Of a stretch of DNA of 64,000 bases, positions 29,887 through 37,743 are shown in pieces. Origin of the DNA: Tepidisphaera sp. (GTDB lineage Bacteria > Planctomycetota > Phycisphaerae > Phycisphaerales > UBA1924); the NCBI GenBank assembly GCA_050916045.1, contig CP051526.1, forward strand, positions 1,408,001-1,472,000, given 5' to 3'. The position numbers and the translations under genes are program-made. Positions within the stretch are counted from its first letter, which is position 1, and every line of letters starts with the position of its first letter. Below the pieces are notes generated by a model. That model saw nothing but the letters and a program-made list of their open reading frames with translations. It did not search any database and was not told the origin of the DNA.

Positions 29887-29978
29887 GAAAAACCCGCTCG
29901 TCGCGGGGTTGTTTGGAGTGCTTGGATCAGGTCGGGCCGCGAAGCGATTATTCCTCACCCTCATCCTCATCATCACCG
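29887..29978 (-). repeat. Duplicated recA 3' end (GDDEDEGEE*) plus diverged copy of the recA terminator
   Basis: 29948-29978 matches 31483-31513 at 30/31 nt. GAAAAACCCGCTCGTCGCGGGGTT..TTTGGAGTG parallels GAAAAACCCCGCTCGGGGCGGGGTTTGGAGTG at 31424-31455. Confidence 0.88.
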
Positions 29979-30129
29979 GCGGGTGGCATGAGTTGAGGGT
30001 GCCATCAGCTGACGCCGCAGCGGCGGTTCCGGTCGCGAAGCAGGCGATCTTCGGCGTCTACTGATGCGTTCTCGCGACCGACGTCCAACCATCTGGAGGC
30101 TCGAAGCGATCCAACTGGTGGCATCCGGC
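29978..30129. repeat. Repeat R3: ~150-bp repeat with imperfect inverted arms
   Basis: Arms GTGCCATCAGCTG (29999-30011) and CAACTGGTGGCAT (30112-30124); 1 nt from the stop codon at 30131. Confidence 0.85.
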
Positions 30130-30130
30130 G

Positions 30131-31243
30131 TCAGGTTACTCGACGAGTGCGGCGCGATGAGAACATCGCGATCGCGGTGCCAAGGCAACCGACCCCGGGC
30201 GTCGGAACGGTAACGACGAACCCGCGGCTGTTGTTGACGCCCGGGCCTAAACGTCCGAACCCGGTGAAGGTCAGCCCGTCCGACGAGACCGCGGCGCAGT
30301 TCGAGAGCACGAAGTCCGGCAGCAAGACCACGCCGAATCGCCCGAAGTAGTCTCCGAGCAATTCGACGCCGTGCGCCTCGGTCCAGACGGCCGCCAGCTC
30401 TCCCTGTGCAATGTTCACGCGGCCAACCACAACGGACCCGATTTCGTCAACGCCGTTTGCGGCGAACGCCAGCGGCTCCCCGTTGTATGGACCCATTTCC
30501 ACGCGCTCGCCATCACGAAGCATGACGGCACCGTGCCAGAGTCCGACAAGCACGGAGCCCGTTGAGTTCATCGCGGACGGGAGGATGTCCGGGAGTGCTC
30601 GCATGCCGCTCTGCGGCGTCCATACGAACCCTATCTCGTTGCTGCTTCCTCCAGACGCCCCCACGACAACGTCTCCGGCGCGGCTGACCGCCACGGCGCG
30701 CCCGAAAAAGTCGCCGGGGCGAGCAAATCCGAGATGAACCATTCCTTCAGCCTCGGTCCAGCGAAACGCCCGAGTAAAGCCATTTTGTTCCGCGTATCCA
30801 ACCACCACCGAAGCATCGTGGTTCGCGTCGAACGCCCGGGATGAGGTGGCTCCTGGCAGTATCCCCAAGTTGATCGCTTGCCCGTCGCGGAAGATCGCGG
30901 CCATGCCGCCGCGACCCCAGGAGCCTCGGCCACCGTCATAACCCATTCCCACGACGGCCGAGCCATCGTTTGAAATCCCGAACACGTAGCTGTCCAACGG
31001 CATGCCGGCAAGAAGCCCGAAGTCTTCCCGCCCGGCGGCACCAGACCACCGGAATCCGACGGCTCGCCGAGACGGGCCTCCCGACAGCCCCGCCACGAAG
31101 CGGCCATCATCCGAAAGCCCCGCGACATAAGCGTTCTGATTACCCTCGGCGGGCGCGATGAGATCCAACGTCTGCCCTCGTGCCACAAAGCCCGAGAACA
31201 ACGTGACCAGCGCTGCCGGAATGCCGCTTCGGAGCATGCTCAT
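30131..31243 (-). CDS. Extracellular HAF-like repeat protein with PEP-CTERM-like (VPTPG) sorting tail
   Basis: Repeated SxDGxxVVG...AFRWT units; C-terminal VPTPG, hydrophobic stretch, RRTRR; start uncertain (31243 or 31327). Confidence 0.82.
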   Translation of the reverse strand: MSMLRSGIPAALVTLFSGFVARGQTLDLIAPAEGNQNAYVAGLSDDGRFVAGLSGGPSRRAVGFRWSGAAGREDFGLLAGMPLDSYVFGISNDGSAVVGMGYDGGRGSWGRGGMAAIFRDGQAINLGILPGATSSRAFDANHDASVVVGYAEQNGFTRAFRWTEAEGMVHLGFARPGDFFGRAVAVSRAGDVVVGASGGSSNEIGFVWTPQSGMRALPDILPSAMNSTGSVLVGLWHGAVMLRDGERVEMGPYNGEPLAFAANGVDEIGSVVVGRVNIAQGELAAVWTEAHGVELLGDYFGRFGVVLLPDFVLSNCAAVSSDGLTFTGFGRLGPGVNNSRGFVVTVPTPGVGCLGTAIAMFSSRRTRRVT

Positions 31244-31420
31244 GTAATCAAGATACCGGGAATCGAGGAATTGGCCAACAGAAACCTCGGATCCCGCGGG
31301 TGATGTACTGACAAGTGTTCCTTCCATGGAGTTTTCAATTCTGGACTCCGCACGATGATCTCGGTTTGGCCAAGCATCGCCGCTTCGACTTTTGCTGTCG
31401 CTGGCGGCTCTGTTGATCCC

Positions 31421-31449
31421 AAAGAAAAACCCCGCTCGGGGCGGGGTTT
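31421..31449 (-). terminator. Rho-independent terminator of recA
   Basis: Minus strand AAACCCCGC-CCCGA-GCGGGGTTTTTCTTT. Confidence 0.85.
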
Positions 31450-31482
31450 GGAGTGGTCATGACGGGAGAAACTCGCCGAGCG

Positions 31483-32652
31483 TTATTCCTCGCCCTCATC
31501 CTCATCATCACCGCCGTGGTTGATGGGGCCGGCGGGTTGCATGGCTTTGACTGCGAGGACCTGCTTGCGGATCTCGGCGGCCATCTCGGGGTTGTCTTTG
31601 AGGAACTGCTTGGCGACTTCGCGGCCCTGGCCCATGCGGACTTCGCCGTAGTTGAACCAAGAGCCGGACTTCTGGCAGACCTTGGCTTCGACGGCGACGT
31701 CGAGGAGGTCGCCGGACCAGGAGATGCCCTCGGTGAACATGACGTCGAACTCGGCTTCGCGGAAGGGGGGGGCGATCTTGTTCTTGACGATGCGGGTGCG
31801 GGTGCGGCTTCCGACGACGACGTCGCCCTCCTTGATCGCGCCGATCCGGCGGATGTCGATGCGGACGGACGCGTAGAACTTGAGGGCGCGGCCGCCGGTG
31901 GTGGTCTCGGGGCTTCCGAACATCACGCCGATCTTCTCGCGGATCTGGTTGATGAAGATGACGGTGCAGTTGCTTCGGGCGATGACGCCGGTGAGCTTGC
32001 GCATCGCCTGGCTCATGAGGCGGGCCTGGAGGCCCATGGACGCGTCGCCCATCTCGCCCTCGATTTCAGCTTTGGGCACGAGGGCGGCGACCGAGTCGAC
32101 GATGATGACGTCCACCGAGTTGCTGCGGACGAGCATCTCGCAGATTTCGAGAGCCTGTTCGCCCGTGTCGGGCTGGCTGACGAGGAGCTCATCGACGTTG
32201 ACGCCGAGCTTGCGGGCCCAGGTGGGGTCCAGGGCGTGTTCGGCGTCGATGACGGCCGCGACGCCGCCGTCTTTCTGGGCGTGAGCGGCGACGGTGAGGG
32301 CGAGGGTGGTCTTGCCGCTTGATTCCGGGCCGAAGATCTCGACGATGCGTCCGCGGGGGATGCCTCGACCGCCGAGGGCGAGGTCGACGGAGATGGAGCC
32401 GGTGGAGATGCCGGGGATCGCGAGGAACTGGGCTTCGTCGAGCTTCATGATCGCGCCCTTGCCGAAGGCCTTCTCGACCTGCGACAGGGTGTTCTCAAGC
32501 GACTTGCGCTTGGCTTTATCCTCGATGTGCTTGGTTTCGGCGACGGCGGCGGCGCTTCCGCGCTCATAGCCCCGTTCACCCGCGCGGTCCGACGAATTTC
32601 CCGAACCCCGCTCGCCCGTACCCCGACCGCCGCGACCTTCAGAGTCTGCCAT
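31483..32652 (-). CDS. recA: Recombinase RecA
   Basis: [66 protein letters not shown]-rich N-terminal extension. Confidence 0.99.
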   Translation of the reverse strand: MADSEGRGGRGTGERGSGNSSDRAGERGYERGSAAAVAETKHIEDKAKRKSLENTLSQVEKAFGKGAIMKLDEAQFLAIPGISTGSISVDLALGGRGIPRGRIVEIFGPESSGKTTLALTVAAHAQKDGGVAAVIDAEHALDPTWARKLGVNVDELLVSQPDTGEQALEICEMLVRSNSVDVIIVDSVAALVPKAEIEGEMGDASMGLQARLMSQAMRKLTGVIARSNCTVIFINQIREKIGVMFGSPETTTGGRALKFYASVRIDIRRIGAIKEGDVVVGSRTRTRIVKNKIAPPFREAEFDVMFTEGISWSGDLLDVAVEAKVCQKSGSWFNYGEVRMGQGREVAKQFLKDNPEMAAEIRKQVLAVKAMQPAGPINHGGDDEDEGEE

Positions 32653-32667
32653 TGGACACCTTCCTCA

Positions 32668-32687
32668 GTGCACCCGGCCGGGTGCAC
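32668..32687. promoter_or_regulatory. Perfect 20-bp palindrome GTGCACCCGGCCGGGTGCAC next to the recA SD
   Basis: Self-complementary sequence immediately upstream of the GAGGAAGG SD. Confidence 0.45.
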
Positions 32688-32889
32688 CTTTCTTTATGAC
32701 CCGGCGTGGCTGCCTTGGACCACTCGCCCGAAAGCGGGTGGTGGGGGGCAGGCGACGGGCCTTGCCAGCGAGTGTGCCGTCCTGAGCGTCGTCCGAAAAC
32801 CGGGCCAAAGGCCGAGGCCTCAAGCCGGTTTTCCGTCACGATCAGGCACGGATCCGGGGGCGTCGCTGAACGCGGGCCCGGACGGAGGA

Positions 32890-32918
32890 AACATACCAAG
32901 GCCCGAACAGGCTGTCAA
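32890..32918 (-). promoter_or_regulatory. Sigma70-type promoter, probably for recA
   Basis: Minus strand TTGACA-N17-TATGTT; the -35 is a perfect consensus in a very GC-rich background. Confidence 0.7.
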
Positions 32919-33018
32919 GCGTTCGGGTTCTGGGAAGTGCAGATTGTGGAAAAGTACGGTTCCGAGGCGCGGATGCCGGCCATTCCGGCGGGATCCGAAG
33001 GCGGATCGGCGATCTTCC

Positions 33019-33207
33019 GGGCCGCCGACGCGTTTCGACGGAGCTTCGAAGCGTGTCGACGGAGCTTCGAACCGCTTCGACAGAGCAAACTCGCGCGAGT
33101 ATGGACCGCGCACGCGCGAGTATGGAGCAAACTCGCGCGAGTAAGGAGCGCACACGCGTGAGCGCGGAGCAAACTCGCGCGAGTTTGGAGTGCGCGCGCA
33201 CGTCCGG
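33019..33207. repeat. Degenerate 21-bp tandem repeat, about 9 units
   Basis: Units start at 33019, 33040, 33061, 33082, 33103, 33124, 33145, 33166 and 33187; GAGCAAACTCGCGCGAGT occurs three times at 42-bp spacing. Confidence 0.85.
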
Positions 33208-33297
33208 GAAGCTTCGGGGCTGATCCGTTTGGCAAGGGCGGGCCGTGGTGCTCGGGGCAACCGGGCGGACGGGGCCGGGCCTGGATTATCGGCTGGC

Positions 33298-35640
33298 TTA
33301 TCGGTCAACCGGCGAGATGTCCAGGTGCAGCACGGCGAAGCCGTCGATCTCGAAGTGTTCGACGACGAGCTCAACCTCGGCCGCTTCGGCGAGTTCGAGG
33401 ATTCCTTCGTTGGTGGTGGGGGCGTGCCAGGTCCAGTTCTCGAGCACGGGCTTGCCGTTGGCCAGCACGCGGACGCCGTCATCCGAGAGGGTGGTGAACT
33501 TCCACTTGCCCTTGGGGAAGCGGACCTTGGCGGTCGCGATCATGCCGAAGCGGTCGGGGCCGATCTTGACCGCCGCGTCTTTGGCCCCACCCGTCCCCCA
33601 AGGTTGGTTGCTCGGGCCGCCGTGGGCGTAGTCAAAGCGGAGCGTGGGGACCTTGGCGGAGATCGCCTGGTCGGAGCTTGCGAGGGCCCGCCACTGGTCG
33701 AGGTGTTCCTTGGGGTCCGTCGCTTCGGCCCATGCGAAGGCTTTCACGTCCCACGAAGCGCCGACGACGACACCGGAGACCTTGCGCGACCAGTTGGGGA
33801 GGCTTGGGGAGGTGATGGTGGCGGTGTAGCGGGAGACGCCGGGCTTGGCGGCGAAGGAGATGCGGTGGCTCTGGCCGGTTGCGCCCTGGCCCGAGCTGGT
33901 CGAAGGGGTGGGGGTGACGGTTGCTTGAACTTCGTCGGAGGTGGCCTGGTCGAGGGTGACGGTGACGACGGGGGCGCCGAAGAGCTCGTAGATATGCTCA
34001 CCGCCGGAGATGGAGCGGGTGCGGAACATGGGGGAGGTGTGATCCCATGGACCCCACTGGCTCATGATGATGTTGTGGCGGCCGGCGAGGTGGGCGCGGG
34101 CGCCGATGGGCTTGGCGTTGCCAAGGGGTTCGTACTTGGGCGTCTCGGCGGCGGGGATGGTGGCGCCGGTGTCAAGGGCGATGCCGGGGGTGATGTCGGT
34201 CTCGACGCCGACGGCGGGGTCGATGGCGATGGTGTTGCCGGCGTAGACGGTGCTTACGAACTTTTCCGCGGGCTGGCCGGCGGCCGGCGGGGGGTCTTGG
34301 CGGAGGTGGATGCCGAGGAGTTTCTGGCCTTCGCGGAGGCCTTTGAAGGGGTGGCTCGCGTCGATGGTGATGGTGTTGCCGGCGATGACGTTTCCGGAGA
34401 GGGCGCGGTAGTTGGCTTTGCCCCAGGTGCGTGACTCAAAGTCGCCGTGGGCGTCCCACCAGAGGTGGACAGCGGCTTTGTTGTTGGTGAAGCGGTTCCG
34501 GATGATGAGGTTGCCGGAAGCGTGCTCCATGTTGACGCCGCCGCGCTCCAGGCCGTACGCCATCGCCCCGTTGCCGATGAAGTCGTTGCCCGAGATGACG
34601 GTGCCCTGGCTGTACCCGCCCCAGATGCCGGTGATGGCGTTCTCGACGAAGCGGTTGCCGATGATGTGGTTGCCGAAGGAGAAGGTCATCTCCAAGCCGT
34701 GGGCCGGGGCGTAGGAGAGGTCATTCTTGAGGAAGAGGTTGTCGTTGCACCCCTTGCGGGCGTGGTCGTAGGCGGCGGGGTTGGCCTGCCCTTCGGCGTC
34801 GAGAGCTTCGACGCCGGCGAACCCGAAGACGCCGTCGCCGCCGTGGGTGACGCTGTTCTCGGCGATGAGATTTTCGCTGCACTGCTCGAACATGAGTATG
34901 CCGGCGGAATCCTGCCCGCGGTTGTAGACGCCCTCGGAGTGGCCGCGCACGCAGAAGTCAAAGGCGTTGCGGGTGATGGTGTTGCGGCTGGAGCGGAACA
35001 TCGCCAGGCCCCAGCCCGAGAGGAAGGAGCAGTCGTTGTCGTAGACCTTGGAGTCCGTCACGCGGTGGAACATGATGCCGTTCTGGCCGCGGCGGACGAG
35101 CACGTTGCGGACGGTGATGTTCTTCCCCGAGCGGACCGAGAGAGCGGCGCCCCACTTGGTCGCCCACTCGTTGTTGTCGTTGCGGTGGGGGTAGAGCCAG
35201 TCGGTGGTGTCCTCGGCCATCGGCGTGGACCGGAGGCGCTGACGGAAGTTGTCGGAAAGGTCGGCGGCGTCGACGAGCAGGCTTTCGACCTCGGTCGCGG
35301 CGACGCCGACCTTGTAGCCGTGGACGCGGAGTCGGCGAAGCGTGATGTTCTTCGAGCCGGGGGCGATCGCGACGCCGATCCCCTGGTACGTGTCCCACAC
35401 GCCCTCGTCCGGGCCGGTTGGCCTCGGGCCGCCCCAGAGGTCAGACCCGTCGGCGAACTCGACGGTGATGTCCGAGCCGGAGATCTGGATGACGCCGTTG
35501 CCGTCGGTGTCCGCGATGATCGTGCCCGGCGGGATCACGATGCGGCAGGAAGCCATCACCGGCGTGTTGTCCTTGGTCACGATCAGGTCGGGCGCAGGAG
35601 ACGCGGCCGCCAGCGCCGCGAGGGAGACAAGCGTGAGCAT
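33298..35640 (-). CDS. Secreted right-handed parallel beta-helix protein with C-terminal PA14 domain
   Basis: Signal peptide, many Asn-ladder PbH1-type repeats, PA14 motif SDDGVRV...VEHFE. Confidence 0.85.
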   Translation of the reverse strand: MLTLVSLAALAAASPAPDLIVTKDNTPVMASCRIVIPPGTIIADTDGNGVIQISGSDITVEFADGSDLWGGPRPTGPDEGVWDTYQGIGVAIAPGSKNITLRRLRVHGYKVGVAATEVESLLVDAADLSDNFRQRLRSTPMAEDTTDWLYPHRNDNNEWATKWGAALSVRSGKNITVRNVLVRRGQNGIMFHRVTDSKVYDNDCSFLSGWGLAMFRSSRNTITRNAFDFCVRGHSEGVYNRGQDSAGILMFEQCSENLIAENSVTHGGDGVFGFAGVEALDAEGQANPAAYDHARKGCNDNLFLKNDLSYAPAHGLEMTFSFGNHIIGNRFVENAITGIWGGYSQGTVISGNDFIGNGAMAYGLERGGVNMEHASGNLIIRNRFTNNKAAVHLWWDAHGDFESRTWGKANYRALSGNVIAGNTITIDASHPFKGLREGQKLLGIHLRQDPPPAAGQPAEKFVSTVYAGNTIAIDPAVGVETDITPGIALDTGATIPAAETPKYEPLGNAKPIGARAHLAGRHNIIMSQWGPWDHTSPMFRTRSISGGEHIYELFGAPVVTVTLDQATSDEVQATVTPTPSTSSGQGATGQSHRISFAAKPGVSRYTATITSPSLPNWSRKVSGVVVGASWDVKAFAWAEATDPKEHLDQWRALASSDQAISAKVPTLRFDYAHGGPSNQPWGTGGAKDAAVKIGPDRFGMIATAKVRFPKGKWKFTTLSDDGVRVLANGKPVLENWTWHAPTTNEGILELAEAAEVELVVEHFEIDGFAVLHLDISPVDR

Positions 35641-35685
35641 GCCGGAGCGTACCACGCCGGATGGGCATCCGCCGGAGCGCCGGAC

Positions 35686-36588
35686 TCAGCGTGCGGGATC
35701 CGTAGGGGGGCGATCGGGCTTGGCCGAGCCTCGGACGGGTTCGACGCTGGTCCATTCAATGGTGATGCCGTACTCGACGTACGGGCCGACCATGACGGGG
35801 ATGCCGAAGATTCCCGCTTCGGTCCGCGACTCGTTGAACGTGACGGCGGAGGTCATGAAGGCGCCGATCTCGGCGATCGTGCCCGCGGGGTGATCGCGGA
35901 GTTTGTTGCCGATGTGGGAGGGGACGGGCACGCTCTGCACGCCGCTGACGGGTGCCCGCGAGGTGGCGTCAAGCACGGTGTAGCTCACGAGGAAAGCCGC
36001 GTCGCGGGCGGCGGGGCTTGCGGACGAGGGGTCGGGCGTCGCGGGCTCGACGCTCTCGATGCGGGCGAGCCACTTGACCTTGCCGCGAAGCTCGCGGTTG
36101 ATGTCGCGGGTCCAGCGCTCGATCTCGCGCATGCGGTCGCGGCGTGCGATGTCGTTGTCGGCGACAACGCCGGAGAAGGCTTTCACGTACCGCTCGCGGA
36201 GGCCGGCGAGCATCGCGTCGGGGGAAGCCATCGGGTCGGCGGGGACGGTGAAGGTGGGCGAGGGGGGCGGCAGGGTCGGCCGCGTCATCGACCCGAGCAT
36301 GGCTTTGATCTGCGCGATGTCTCCCTTGAGGCCTTTCATCTCGTCGCGGAGCGCGAGGACTTGGTCGCGGGCTTCACGCACTTCCTTGCGAGCTTCGCCG
36401 AGCTCCAGGAGCGTCTTGCGGTGGCGCTCGTCCAGGTTGTCCACCTTCTCGCCGACCATGCCGATGAGGGTCGCGAGGTCGGGCTGCGACGGGCCGACAC
36501 CCATGAGCAGAGCCGCGGCAGCGAGCCCGGCGAACGCGAAGGTCACGATCGGTCGGCGTGCGGAGGCGGTCATCGGTCGCTGGCTCAT
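35686..36588 (-). CDS. Hypothetical exported protein with coiled coil
   Basis: SD AGGAG before ATG 36588; hydrophobic N-terminus; heptad coiled-coil segment. Confidence 0.75.
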   Translation of the reverse strand: MSQRPMTASARRPIVTFAFAGLAAAALLMGVGPSQPDLATLIGMVGEKVDNLDERHRKTLLELGEARKEVREARDQVLALRDEMKGLKGDIAQIKAMLGSMTRPTLPPPSPTFTVPADPMASPDAMLAGLRERYVKAFSGVVADNDIARRDRMREIERWTRDINRELRGKVKWLARIESVEPATPDPSSASPAARDAAFLVSYTVLDATSRAPVSGVQSVPVPSHIGNKLRDHPAGTIAEIGAFMTSAVTFNESRTEAGIFGIPVMVGPYVEYGITIEWTSVEPVRGSAKPDRPPTDPAR

Positions 36589-36687
36589 GGATGCTCCTGG
36601 GCGGGTCGTTCCCGCAAGCCCCGCGGTCCCCGTGCGCTGCCCGGGTCCCCGGCCTCTACTGTACGAGCGACCCGCCCGGAACGATGC

Positions 36688-37734
36688 ATGATTGTCCAGA
36701 CCCCCGCAGACAAGCCGCGGACGCTCGAAGACCTGATCCCCCCCGGGCTGGCGGGGACGCTCGACCGCCTCGACCTGGTCTCCCGGAAGATCTTCGCGGG
36801 CAAGCTTCCCGGTGAGCGGCGGAGCAAGCGACGCGGCCGGAGCGTTGAGTTCGACGACTTTCGCAATTACACCGCGGGCGATGACCTCCGGCACATCGAC
36901 TGGAACGTCTACGCCAGGCTGGACAGGCTTTTCATCAAGCTCTTCCGCGAGGAGGAGGATCTGGCGCTGCACGTGGTCGTCGATGCGTCGCCGTCGATGC
37001 AGGCCGGCGCGGGTCCTGGTGCCGGCGGCGGCCCGCGCGTGCCGAGCAAGCTCGTCTTCGCGCACCAGGTCGCGATGGCGTTGTCGTACATCGGACTGAT
37101 CAACCAGAACCGCGTGACGGCTTCGGTCTTCGGCCGGGCTTCGGGTGCGGTCGCTTCGCTCGCGCCGGTGCGGGGCCGCGGGGGCGTGGTGCGTGTGGCG
37201 AATTTCCTTCTTGCGTCGCTCGATGATGCGTGGCAGACGCCGGGAGCGTCCCCGGAAGGCGCTTCAAGCAGTCCCATCGACCGATTTTCGGCCGAGATCA
37301 AGTCGATCGCAAGCCGGCGGAGCGGCCGCGGCGTGATGGTGGTGCTTTCGGATTTCCTCGTGCCCGGCGGCCCCGGTGCTCTCACGCCCGCGTTCGGGGC
37401 GCTCGCGGCGGCGGGGTCGGCGGCGTTTGACACGTCGCTGCTTCAGGTCCTCTCGCCGGGCGAGCTGGACCCTTCGGTCGAGGGTGCGGGTGGCGAGGAT
37501 GGCGGGCGGCTACTGGGCGATCTCCGCCTGACCGACGCCGAGACGGGCCGTGGTCGCGAGGTCACGATCTCTCCGGCTCTGGTCGCGGCGTATCGCAAGC
37601 GCGTGCAAGCGTACACGGAGGGGATCAAGTCCCTCGCCGCTTCGCGCGGACTGGCCGCGTACCTGGTGCCGACGACGACGGCCGTCGAGACGCTGGTTCT
37701 CGATTCGCTCCGCCGTGGCGGGATGCTCCGCTGA
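36688..37734 (+). CDS. DUF58 domain-containing protein
   Basis: GRSVEFDDFRNYTAGDDLRHIDWNVYAR, VVDASPSM, VVLSDFL. Confidence 0.92.
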   Translation: MIVQTPADKPRTLEDLIPPGLAGTLDRLDLVSRKIFAGKLPGERRSKRRGRSVEFDDFRNYTAGDDLRHIDWNVYARLDRLFIKLFREEEDLALHVVVDASPSMQAGAGPGAGGGPRVPSKLVFAHQVAMALSYIGLINQNRVTASVFGRASGAVASLAPVRGRGGVVRVANFLLASLDDAWQTPGASPEGASSSPIDRFSAEIKSIASRRSGRGVMVVLSDFLVPGGPGALTPAFGALAAAGSAAFDTSLLQVLSPGELDPSVEGAGGEDGGRLLGDLRLTDAETGRGREVTISPALVAAYRKRVQAYTEGIKSLAASRGLAAYLVPTTTAVETLVLDSLRRGGMLR

Positions 37735-37743
37735 GACGCGTGC

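Noticed and set aside
27657..30129. Canonical integron attC sites
   Set aside because: No RYYYAAC / GTTRRRY core boxes at the repeat ends, no continuous central stem and no intI in the window. Reported as a non-canonical repeat instead.
33019..33207. CRISPR array
   Set aside because: Units are contiguous 21-mers with no unique spacers, and no cas genes are present.
34447..36687. N-terminal ~750 aa of the 1095-aa plus-strand ORF
   Set aside because: Antisense shadow of two real minus-strand genes in GC-rich DNA; only the DUF58 part from 36688 is credible.
36688..37734. MoxR/vWA chaperone operon
   Set aside because: Only DUF58 is present; its partners are not adjacent, which is unremarkable in planctomycetes.
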